Shown: positions 1 through 9,823, counted from the first letter of the whole stretch. The stretch is DNA of 61,749 nt, filler included, from Globobulimina sp. (GCA_003354225.1; 27 parts of 27 records of this genome joined end to end with filler, not necessarily neighbours in it); one strand, 5' to 3'. Numbers and translations are program-made. The notes: generated from the letters alone by a model not told the origin.

Positions 1-224
1 CGCATTTTCGCACCTTTTTTTTGTCTTTGTGTGTGTTTTAATTTTTTTGTCTTTGTGTGTTAATGATAATTTGCATGCACATTTCCTAAATTTTATATTT
101 CTTAAATTATATAATCAATTATTCACTTATTAATAGAACGATTGATAACTATAAAATTAACAATGATGAAATAATTGAAAGCAATGCATTTGAGAGGTCC
201 AGAGGTTGGACGTTTGTCAAAAAT

Positions 225-993
225 TTAACAATTTTTGCGAACAAGAGTCTGTACTTTACAATCTGGCTTGAGTGAGAATGACCAATTCCATAACAATGGA
301 ACGATTATCATTGCTATAAACACATCGATAGAATAATGTTTTCGGGAGGCAATTATAAATAGAATTTGTAATATAAACGAGCACCACAAGTATGCATAGA
401 CCATAAGCCTAATTATATATGTTTGAATTCCAAGATGTAGGTATGTCTGTATTCCAATTACATGACTCATTGTAAAGATAATATGCGATGAAAACAATAA
501 ATCACCACATTTACTGAAAAAATCATTGCTTTCCAATACTTGGTACAATGATTGTGGCGGCAAATAGTTGCTTGAGTCAACTTGACAGTGCTCAGCTGAT
601 CCTGGCAGTTGTGTCAATAAAAATGGTATGATTCTAATTGGTGATGCAACAGAAATCACAAAAATTACGCGAAATACTGCAGATATCCACTGCTTTGGTG
701 GTAGGGAGAATGACAAAAAAATTGCTGATATAATAATTGTTGTAAGGAGCCATTCTGAAGCATGGAATAATGAGTCTGTCGACTCTAAATCCAATATCAC
801 TTAATGGCAATGATGGAGTATGTCTGTAATATGCCAAATTGCCTGCTATATTATGCACATATTGTATTGCTAATCCAAATGCTATAATATGCAATCTTTT
901 GAGAACCAATTTCAATCGTAAATAAAACTTAAAATCGTAGGCATTGCTTTTTGAGTTCATGACAAGTGCATCATTTTCACAAGTTTTTGACAT
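225..993 (-). CDS. Inositol phosphorylceramide/sphingomyelin synthase-family protein, frameshifted near 770-790
   Basis: N-part HNIAGNLAYYRH..LSDIGF (ORF 634-993); C-part CGDLLFSSH and IIASRKHYSIDV catalytic motifs (ORF 225-800). Confidence 0.8.
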
Positions 994-1026
994 TTTTAAT
1001 AGTCAGTCAACTCAGTCTAGCATGCA

Positions 1027-1857
1027 ATGAAATTGCTCTATAAACTGTTTGTTTATTCGTTATTCTGCATATTAATGGTATATTTGCTTCTAATTTCGTA
1101 TTATGAGGAGGTTTATAGGTTACAAAGAGGTGTATCCGAGTTGTTGTATATTACAATTGATAATGACAATCGACTGAGAGAATTTGAGAACATGTTATCA
1201 AAATGGCATTCTGTTGCATCTCAAAATAATTTAACGTACTCCATTCATTCTGGAACATTACTAGGATGGGCAAGAAACAGAGCATTTATTCCGTGGGATA
1301 CTGATATTGATATTGTGCTAAGCAATGAAAGTATATCGAGATTTTATAATTTATGCAAAATATATACATGGTGCAGATATAGGAATAGTGTACATGCGAA
1401 AAAGAGAAATATAGAAGAAATAAAATATAGCCTGATTTTGAATGAAGAGCATAAAAACGTTATTCCTTGTCACAGGAATCGCTATTCGTGTGATGGAAAA
1501 ATCGCACATATCCAAGCAGATAAATGCTCATTTATTGGACCAATCGGACGATTATTGGCTAAATTCCATAATGTCCAATTGAATATTGATATAAATTTGT
1601 TGTATTGGAACGAGAGAGGATATGAATATGATGCAAGTTTTATACAAATGAAAAAAGAATGTCAAGTAAATGTATGCACGCAAAGGTCATGCATTGAAAT
1701 GAGTGATTCGGTGGCATCTGCTTTTGAAGTCACTGACTGTATTATCAGTAATCAACACACTAAATGTGTTAAACGGTGGCATTTTATGTTACAGGATATG
1801 TACGGAAAGGACTATCTGCAGCCAGTCAGATGGAGGAAGGCAAACTTTATAAAATGA
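1027..1857 (+). CDS. LicD/fukutin-family nucleotidyltransferase-fold protein with N-terminal anchor
   Basis: SGTLLGWARNRAFIPWDTDIDI motif; C-terminal LQDMYGKDY. Confidence 0.85.
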   Translation: MKLLYKLFVYSLFCILMVYLLLISYYEEVYRLQRGVSELLYITIDNDNRLREFENMLSKWHSVASQNNLTYSIHSGTLLGWARNRAFIPWDTDIDIVLSNESISRFYNLCKIYTWCRYRNSVHAKKRNIEEIKYSLILNEEHKNVIPCHRNRYSCDGKIAHIQADKCSFIGPIGRLLAKFHNVQLNIDINLLYWNERGYEYDASFIQMKKECQVNVCTQRSCIEMSDSVASAFEVTDCIISNQHTKCVKRWHFMLQDMYGKDYLQPVRWRKANFIK

Positions 1858-2193
1858 TGCTACTCCAAATACTGACAAAGATACGTTATAAAGTGTCGTT
1901 GATGGATAAACAAATTGTATTTTATAATCATTAACTGGCATTAAGATATTACAGAGTACTTTTTCTTTTTCTTGCTTTTGTGTTGTAGAATAGATTGCTA
2001 ATTCTTTGCGTTTCCTTTTGCAATAATTACACGCTTTTTTTCTGTTGTACCGTTTGTTTGTTTGTTATATTATAAAATTGTTTTTACTTACTTACGAATC
2101 ACACTCTGTTGATCGAATAGTTGCATTTAACAAAACCAGCACAAAAATTGACATAAAAAGAAAGCATCAAAAAATCAAAAATAAATAGTCTAA

Positions 2194-2293
2194 NNNNNNN
2201 NNNNNNNNNNNNNNNNNNNNNNNNNNNNNNNNNNNNNTTAATTAATTAANNNNNNNNNNNNNNNNNNNNNNNNNNNNNNNNNNNNNNNNNNNN
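2194..2293. other. Artificial contig spacer N44-TTAATTAATTAA-N44 (first of 26, recurring about every 2.29 kb)
   Basis: Identical spacer with stops in all six frames; flanking contigs decrease monotonically in length from 2193 to 2189 bp. Confidence 0.98.
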
Positions 2294-2399
2294 AAATTAT
2301 TAATAATTTGCATGTTTCATATTTGGTATACAAAATTACAAAAAAACAAATTAATTTTAAACGAATTTTACAATACAAATAAATAAATCATTACAATGT

Positions 2400-3563
2400 C
2401 TATTTTATGACTGAACTCATCGAAACCTGCAATTTAGCATTGTTACTCAATATATTTTGATGATGTATTTTACAATGATCCTTCCATCGATGTTTCTGTC
2501 TAAATCCTTTGCTGCAGACATTACATTTAAATGCCAACTCGCCGGTATGGGTCATTTTGTGTTCCATATAATTTGATTTTCGACCAAACCGTTTATTACA
2601 AAATTCGCAAATATAGGCACTATCTGTATGCACTTTTGCATGCGACCGTAAATTGCAAATATATTTATATCTCTTCCTACACACTCCGCATACAAAATAT
2701 TCCCCCTTTTTTATCAAATTAGTAATGTATAATACATACAATATAAACTACACAGTGCAGTACATATATACCTCTTTATTATATTTGACGTTTTCCACTT
2801 TGTTTTGATAATGATTTCCTATTTTTCGATTGAAAGATCTGGTATTTATTTGTCTGTCTGCTTTATTATTCCCAGCTGACTGATTTTCTGATGTACTAAG
2901 TTCTAATTTGATTATTTTGTTAGTTGTTTTATTCTGATTTGGCGTCATAAGCATGTGCTGCTTTTGAGGCACAGTTTGTACGGCAACGGGCGTATCCGCA
3001 CCGCAGTAAAATGCGTTGTTTGCATTGTTATTATTGGCCATAACATCTGGCTCTGTTTTCGGATTGTTGTTACTCTTAAAATGCGGCATGTTTTTCCAGA
3101 TGCTGGACATGTATATGTTTGATGCGTGTGCGTTATAACTGTTATTGGCTGGATTTGACGTCCGATTTGTGGCAAATAAGTGGGTAATAAACAATTCGTA
3201 AATGTTGATCTTTTGTACTAAATCGTTCAAAACAGAAAGAGATACAGTTATCATTGGTTGTTGATTGTTGCTTATGTTATTTGGGTTAATTACTGGATTA
3301 GGCATCGAAGGTAAGACTGAATGTGGAATCTGAAAATTCTGAATTGGTGTTGTTGTCGGTGACACTCTGAGGAAATTGTTGTTGTTCATGTTGTTGAAGG
3401 ATTTATTGTTGTTCTTCTTGTTTATCAGCGTATTAATATTAAATTGTTGTTGCGTTGTATACGGAGCTCGAGATGTTGATTTGTGAGAATTTGATTGCAT
3501 TATTTGGCAAAAGCCGGATGGATAAGTTTCAGAATCGCAGATCGAGGATGTTGTTTTATTCAA
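2400..3563 (-). CDS. C2H2 zinc-finger transcription factor, 2 exons (intron 2706-2771); exact start uncertain
   Basis: Three CxxC-x12-HxxxH fingers with HTGE linker; N/Q-rich N-terminus; a GT-AG intron joins the two ORFs in frame. Confidence 0.85.
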
Positions 3564-3738
3564 TTATTCTATAAAGATATAGTTGAACTGCAGTATTTAA
3601 GCTCGTCGAACTAAGGATGAACAAGATTTATAAGTCAGAAATGAGGAGTGATTAAATTACACCTTGGAACATCTTCATCATGGCGCTTATGTTTCAAACA
3701 ACTGATCATCACTAGTTCTTACCATATCACTAGATAAA

Positions 3739-4486
3739 ATGATATCAGCTTTTCTAAAGAAAACATTCGGCAAAAATTTGGTGAAAGCATTACAAGTCTA
3801 CATACGTGATACATACGGCAAAGACAAAGAGAAGGAAAAGATGAGCAACATTATAGAAATTCAACAATTTCGAGATTGCTGCATTGTGGACGATAAAAAT
3901 GTATCTCCCGTCTCTGCCATAGCAAAGCATGAGAAATATTTAGCATACGTATGTATGTTAGAAAAGCGATTTCCATGGGGCAAATCTGACAGAGGCGTAT
4001 TCTCAAAAGCCTCCAAAGTCCAAGTCTTGTTTATATGGCTCGATTCATACAGAAACACAAAAATCGAACAATCTATGGATATCAGATTGGAAAAATTTGC
4101 TATTATGTTTAATTTGGGTGCCTTAATCTCGTTACATGCAGTCCAGTTATCGGAGCAAGACGAGGATGGCCTCAAAGATGCTTGCAAACTATTCCGTGAA
4201 TCTGGCGGTATATTCCAATATTTATCGCAAAATGCCTCTGAATCCATTCAATTTGTACAAAATATGGATATACAAAAGGATTCATGTCGATTCTTAGCTG
4301 TCTTAATGTTGGCACAAGCACAAGCATGTTTCGCTGAAATGGTATTACAATATTCTACGTCTATACAATTATTAACACCTATCCTGATATGATATACGCA
4401 GGCAATACGCAAGAAAATGAAACCCAAATTGATCTCTGCTTTGGCTATGGGGACATCTGAATTCTTCCAAGAGGTTTGTTACATTT
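3739..4486 (+). CDS. BRO1-domain (ALIX/PalA-like) protein, 3' partial, intron 4342-4401
   Basis: EKFAIMFNLGAL, GLKDACKLFRESGGIF, LMLAQAQACF motifs. Confidence 0.85.
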
Positions 4487-4586
4487 NNNNNNNNNNNNNN
4501 NNNNNNNNNNNNNNNNNNNNNNNNNNNNNNTTAATTAATTAANNNNNNNNNNNNNNNNNNNNNNNNNNNNNNNNNNNNNNNNNNNN

Positions 4587-5520
4587 GAGATCGATGCCGT
4601 CGCTGAGAGCGAATGCATTTTATGTTGCTGGCTTTGACGCAGAAATAATAGCGAAATGTACATTATATTTACTGTTTATAGGCCGATTATACAACCGGAA
4701 TTTCCAAAAAATATATAAATATTCGCGCACATTACTCTATGTCTTGTGGTGTATTGTATTTCTAATTTGTGCCATGGCAGCAACGATTTCCGCATTATTT
4801 GGAATATATTTCTTTTCTCCGCAGTACGATTTGCAGCTTGGCTCCTTGCAGGATATCAATATAATGTATATCTGTTCCATTGCCTCCTTTGTTTTGATGG
4901 ATGTTATATTGTCAATAATTACCTTATATCTATTCATTAAGCCTTTGTGTAGTTATTATCCATTACTTGTTTTGCCCGACGATGCAATGCGAGCATCATT
5001 ATTTCCGCAAACAATTAAAATGAGGAAACAGATTAAAAAGTATTGCATATTGAGCAGCATTGCCATTATCTCATCGACAATTTTTGCACTCACTGCGATG
5101 GGCAGAGAAATATTCAAATTTGATTGGTTCATCACTGGTAAATTAAATGACGACATTTATTCAATTATTTCAAACACTTTATTGCAAATTGATAGTGTCA
5201 TCTCTATGAATTGTATTTATTTTGGATTTGTGAATAATAGCTATTCATGGCTGACAAAGGCAATTTCAATGATGTTTTGTTGTGAATGTGGTAAATGCAG
5301 TCAATGTGCACAGGATTGTTTATATGTTTATTGTATGTGCCCTCATGGCAAACATAATAAATATTATTTTGAGAATGTGTCCACGGGGAGACAGCACAAA
5401 ACAAAATCAGGAGCAGATGAGCAAAGTGATATGGATACTGATAAAAATTCGATGTTGTTAAAGGTTTCGGCAAATAGCTTGCAACAAACACTGCCGCTTG
5501 TCTTCGAAAATATATATTGA
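4587..5520 (+). CDS. Multi-pass (7TM-like) membrane protein, 5' partial
   Basis: Several hydrophobic helices and a Cys-rich tail; same architecture as 22921-23992. Confidence 0.55.
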
Positions 5521-5789
5521 AAACAAATTATGTGTTTTAGACAGTTTGTTATGTATATGTTTATTAAAGAGTTAGCGAGACTTTTCTGATTATTTGTGTT
5601 GCCATTATGCAGATTTGCAATTTATGCGTTTTCTAGTGTCTTTCTTTCGACTTTATTACCATGCATTATACAGCAAATATCCCTATCATTTCAAGTTATA
5701 CATCCTATTAAATCAATTTCAAAGTTTGTTACATAGAATAATAAATACTTACAGCAATTCTATGGATTTACAGCGCAGCAGGATGCCAA

Positions 5790-6395
5790 ATGACATTGAC
5801 AGGATATACTCCACGGAGCACGTCCGATGATGGATGTAAAACGTTAGCAATAATATGTTCGGCAGGAAATGAACGGTGGGATATAGAAGGCTGTGGATGT
5901 GGTTGCAAACCGGATTGTGTGCGATTGGGCGATACATACTTTGGTAACTTTGAAACATGTCAAGCAAATATAGCACGTGTTTCATGTCCAGGAGAAGGAC
6001 AAGAATTTTGGTCTGATGACAAGTGTGGATGTGGTTGTACTTCGAATTCAGGTTTGATATTCAGATTGATATAAATAAATTGTTTCTGAAGAAAATAAAT
6101 ATTTATAGGCATAGCTGCAGATATTAAGGAAGAGGATATAAACTATTTTGGATTTATAAATTTTGATATGAATAGATTTGCAATTTATGAGTTTATATTA
6201 ATGATCTTTATTTTAATGGCATTTGTATTAAATGTAACATTTGTTAGTTATTTCTGTGTGGTAAGATTTAAAGATTTGGATTATTCATTTGTTAGCGATA
6301 TAAATCGGAATAATAGACATAAAATATTATATACAAAAACAGCAACAGATTGTTCTGACGATGACACATCTTTGGAGAATGTGTTCGATTCATAA
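5790..6395 (+). CDS. Small Cys-rich single-pass membrane protein (probable intron about 6052-6109); start uncertain
   Basis: Two CGCGC motifs; downstream exon has a TM helix. Confidence 0.4.
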
Positions 6396-6878
6396 TATAA
6401 TTGCTATATTAGCAGTTATTATTACGTGCGTAATCTATAATTCTTTGGTAACACATATTAATTTATTTAGAGTGTATTTCGTTTCTATCAAAATTATGGA
6501 TTTTTCCATAAAAACACTATAATAATATAAATTGCATGCAACAAATCCGAGCAGTTGGAAAATCGGAAAATAATCTGAAAGAGATTGGAATTAATGACAA
6601 GAAATATAGACACAAATTATTGCAAGCTATTAAGTCGATAAATATTTGAGTATTATGCCATCCCATAAACAGAACTTGTGAGTAGCATAATATTATAACA
6701 GTGTCTTCGAGACTAGTTTTTAATCCTTGGTTGTTTTGCTTCCTTCTTGTTTTTTGGATGATACCACTCTCTTTTGTCNNNNNNNNNNNNNNNNNNNNNN
6801 NNNNNNNNNNNNNNNNNNNNNNTTAATTAATTAANNNNNNNNNNNNNNNNNNNNNNNNNNNNNNNNNNNNNNNNNNNN

Positions 6879-7120
6879 ATGTCAGTAAAAATTAACCGAT
6901 TAAAATTACGATCCCTTTGGAACAGTGAGTACACCATTTTTATTACTCAGATAATTGCTATAGTTACCAAGTACAAGCCCGAAGTATTAAACCTTACAAA
7001 AGCCTTTGGTAAGTTGACCAAATTTGTACCCGAGTTAGCAAAAATTAAAGCACAAGAGCTAGGCAGTGCCCTTAGCAAATTATTACTTAATTTAGATAAT
7101 GAACGCGATATTTTGTTTGA
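6879..7120 (+). CDS. N-terminal fragment of a bacterial DUF6261/HagB-like protein fused to the retroelement (probable chimera)
   Basis: KINRLKLRSLWNSEY...LDNERDILF pattern; RT similarity in another frame begins at about 7121. Confidence 0.5.
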
Positions 7121-8092
7121 TGCTATTGTGGGGCAATTAAAGAGAGAACTGGGAAGACGGTATACTGGTCAATTGATGGTGGTCTACAGGCTCTAGCTAA
7201 AGTGCAAAGAATGGGGAACAGATTACAGAGTGTGCAAACTGCGGACTTCAGCACATTATTTAAAAGTTTTGATCATACAGTTATCAAACAGCAAATTTTC
7301 AAATTATTTGATATGTGTATGCGTAATTCTGGGAAAGCATATGTAGTGGAAGGGAAGCGCAATTTATATTATTCGTCAGCACGGGTGGAGGACTATCTTT
7401 CATTGGAATCAACGGAAATTAAAGAACTAATATCCTATATCATTGATGAAACTTATGTTAAATTTGGACCCTGGATGTTTAGACAAACTTGCGGTGTACC
7501 CATGGGAGGAAATGCATCCCCTACCTTGGCGGACCTTACTCTCAGCATGCTGGAATACAATTTCCTATCCAAAAAAGAGAATCAGCAGGTTGCCAGACGC
7601 ATGGGGAATACAGTACGATATATTGATGATATATTAACTATGAATTTTGAGGATCTAATGGATGTAGCTGCACAGATTTATCCTCCCTCATTGCCTTTGG
7701 AAATTACATCCGCTAATTTTGGTAAATGTGATTTTTTGGACATGACTATTACATGTGGTAATAATGCATATATTGCTGTATATAATAAAACGGATGACTT
7801 CAACTTCAATGTTATTAGATATTTATTCGCTGACAGTAATGTTCATAGTAATTTGGGGCTACAGGTTTATCAATCTCAATTGCTTCGTTTTCTCAGGATT
7901 AGTAATCGCTTGAATAATCTTATTAGCAGAAATAGGGAATTGTTTTTCAGTTTGGTTTCCAATGGTTTTAACAGATTTGATTTGATTAATTGCTCATTTA
8001 AATTCTATGAACGACATAAAATGGAAATACTCAAATTTGGTCTAACAGATAATAAAGAGATAGCACGTTTTATCTGCACTTTTACAAATTAA
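7121..8092 (+). CDS. Reverse transcriptase (C-terminal part) of a Penelope-like element, Naiad/Chlamys-like
   Basis: Frame open from 7121: YCGAIKERTGKTVYWSID, ADFSTLF, QTCGVPMGGNASP, RYIDD, IYPPSL, FLD, YNKTDDFNF, SNVH..VYQSQLLRF; no C-terminal GIY-YIG domain. Confidence 0.88.
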   Translation, partial: CYCGAIKERTGKTVYWSIDGGLQALAKVQRMGNRLQSVQTADFSTLFKSFDHTVIKQQIFKLFDMCMRNSGKAYVVEGKRNLYYSSARVEDYLSLESTEIKELISYIIDETYVKFGPWMFRQTCGVPMGGNASPTLADLTLSMLEYNFLSKKENQQVARRMGNTVRYIDDILTMNFEDLMDVAAQIYPPSLPLEITSANFGKCDFLDMTITCGNNAYIAVYNKTDDFNFNVIRYLFADSNVHSNLGLQVYQSQLLRFLRISNRLNNLISRNRELFFSLVSNGFNRFDLINCSFKFYERHKMEILKFGLTDNKEIARFICTFTN

Positions 8093-8141
8093 AAATTTGC
8101 TCATAGTATTAATTTAGCAGGTAAAATACTGCCCTATTTAA

Positions 8142-8433
8142 AAGCTGTATACCTAGCTGGGGGTATACATTGCCCAGCTTAACCAGTAGTTCAATAGCCG
8201 GTATACTTCGCTGGGAGTATATCCTCAATGGCATTACCAGTTGCTTAGTAACCTTTTTGGTTGAAATGACAATGTGACGTCACTTGGCGTCTTACATATT
8301 AATTTGACGATTCCTTAGCATGACTTCTTAAGCAGTAGGCCTAGCTGGGGGCTTACTTTAATGCTTAACCAGTAGTTCAATTGCCGTACACCTGGCTGGG
8401 AGTGTACATATCATGGCTTACCAGTAGTTCAAT
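8142..8433 (+). repeat. Four ~52-nt structured repeats (8142-8195, 8197-8247, 8329-8381, 8383-8433)
   Basis: Consensus GCn-stem-(N)GCTGG loop-stem-variable-nGC-TT(A)ACCAGTAGTTCAAT, with compensatory stem changes. Confidence 0.9.
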
Positions 8434-8719
8434 ATACTGTAGATTTACTACATGGCGTCAGCCTGATGCCGTTGGTATTGGTTTTACGAATGGACGCACA
8501 AACCCAAAATTGCACGTAATCGACTGTTTTTGATTAAAAATTCGCAAAAATTTGGTTATTACGAGCAAAAAGTGATGATAACAAGAAAACCAGTTTCTTA
8601 AAGACCGTCAAGACGAAAAATTATCTGCGGTAAGAAATTCAGTCTTCTCATAAACGCTTACTTTTTTATTCTGATTTGGTTTCGGCTGTTTTGTTTTTTG
8701 TATATTTTTCAGAATTGCC

Positions 8720-8872
8720 ATGGGTCGTGGATATGGTCGAGGAGGTCGAGGAGGTGGCGGTCATGAGAGAGGAGGTCAAAGAGGACGGGGTGGTGAGCAT
8801 GTTGGACGCAGGCAGCAGCTGAACACAAATAAAAGATCCCGCCGGGAGTATACTCCAGTTAGTTTATTTTAA
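8720..8872 (+). CDS. RGG-rich micro-ORF/first coding exon (MGRGYGRGGRGGGGHERGGQRGRGG...)
   Basis: GCCATGG start context just after putative intron 8630-8712 (GTAAGA...TTTTTCAG); GTTAGT donor at 8858. Confidence 0.6.
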   Translation: MGRGYGRGGRGGGGHERGGQRGRGGEHVGRRQQLNTNKRSRREYTPVSLF

Positions 8873-8949
8873 GAGCGTTTAAATAACTATGTTTTATTAT
8901 ATTTATAATAACGTGTTATGTGGTGTAATTTTCGGTAGCTATTTTTAAT

Positions 8950-9043
8950 GGTTTATTGGTTTCTTCTGATGAAGGTCCCGCCAATAAACCAGCAGGTCTA
9001 CTAAAAATTGAGTCAAGAAACAGGGACCGAAACTCAATTTTTA
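8950..9043 (+). ncRNA. Hammerhead ribozyme, non-circularly permuted
   Basis: CTGATGA 8966-8972, GAAA 9029-9032, GTC 9012-9014; stem I 8959-8965/9015-9021, stem II 8974-8979/9023-9028, stem III 9002-9013/9032-9043. Confidence 0.88.
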
Positions 9044-9685
9044 TTATTATTATTTTATGCTACCTGCAGTNNNNNNNNNNNNNNNNNNNNNNNNNNNNNN
9101 NNNNNNNNNNNNNNTTAATTAATTAANNNNNNNNNNNNNNNNNNNNNNNNNNNNNNNNNNNNNNNNNNNNTGACCATGGGTGGAGAGACAGTCCTTTTTA
9201 CATACATCTAACTGGGGGAATGCATTTTTCTCAATAATGAAAAGTGTCCTATTATTCCTAACAGGGCGACAGTCTGAATGCGGATTTTTAAGATCGATTT
9301 GCTAATCTACTGGACTGTGTAGTAACTATATAACTCTACTTTTCCTAGTGGCAGGCATTTCCTGTATGTATACATCCAAATGGGTTAAATTCCACTGTAC
9401 CAACATAAATGAATGAAATGGCGGATACAAAATTCAATATAGTAGCACTGCGGCGTCCCGCTAGCTACTTTTTGGACACTAGCTGGTGGAGAGACATCCG
9501 TTCATTCCGATCAGGCATATCCAACACCTTAGACGCCCTTAATGGACCAGCAAGTTCACGGATTACTCTTCCTTAGCATACACCTGCTTTATTGCGTCAC
9601 ATATGTTGCCAAATTAATTTTAAATAGTGATTAGCCAATGCCCAACGACTCAGTTGATACCAAGGCACACTGAGATCACCTATCA

Positions 9686-9823
9686 ATGGATCACCAAGTA
9701 TAATCGATGTTGAGTACAATCTCACCCAATATGGATTATAATATGTCAAGGGATCACATGTCAAGGGATCATCCAGTATAATCAATGCTGAGTACAGTCT
9801 CACCCAATGTGAATTGTAATGTG
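9686..9823. repeat. Diverged ~80-bp tandem duplication
   Basis: GGATCA..AGTATAATCRATGYTGAGTACARTCTCACCCAAT at 9686 and 9766; internal ATGTCAAGGGATCA duplication. Confidence 0.8.

Larger units (their letters stand above)
7121..9070 (+). mobile_element. Penelope-like retroelement: 3' end of the ORF plus pseudo-LTR-like region
   Basis: PLE-type RT followed by a structured UTR, introns and a hammerhead. Confidence 0.8.

Noticed and set aside
6530-6650. SAM-domain-like remnant (GINDKKYRHKLLQAIKS)
   Set aside because: Too short and disrupted to call as a gene
6879-8092. Bacterial two-gene RT defence operon, or Sec readthrough at TGA 7118
   Set aside because: Both genes are truncated at the same point, a second TGA lies at 7100 in the RT frame, and RT similarity stops there; a chimeric junction is the simpler explanation
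8142-8433. CRISPR array or retron msr-msd next to an RT
   Set aside because: Units abut without unique spacers, vary in stems rather than between repeats, and no cas genes are present. The RT has PLE motifs, lacks the retron VTG signature, and the flank has spliceosomal signals
8840-8862. Fifth copy of the structured repeat (GCCGGGAGTATACTCCAGTT)
   Set aside because: Only partial similarity, lacks the 5' stem strand, and lies in the RGG exon and splice donor
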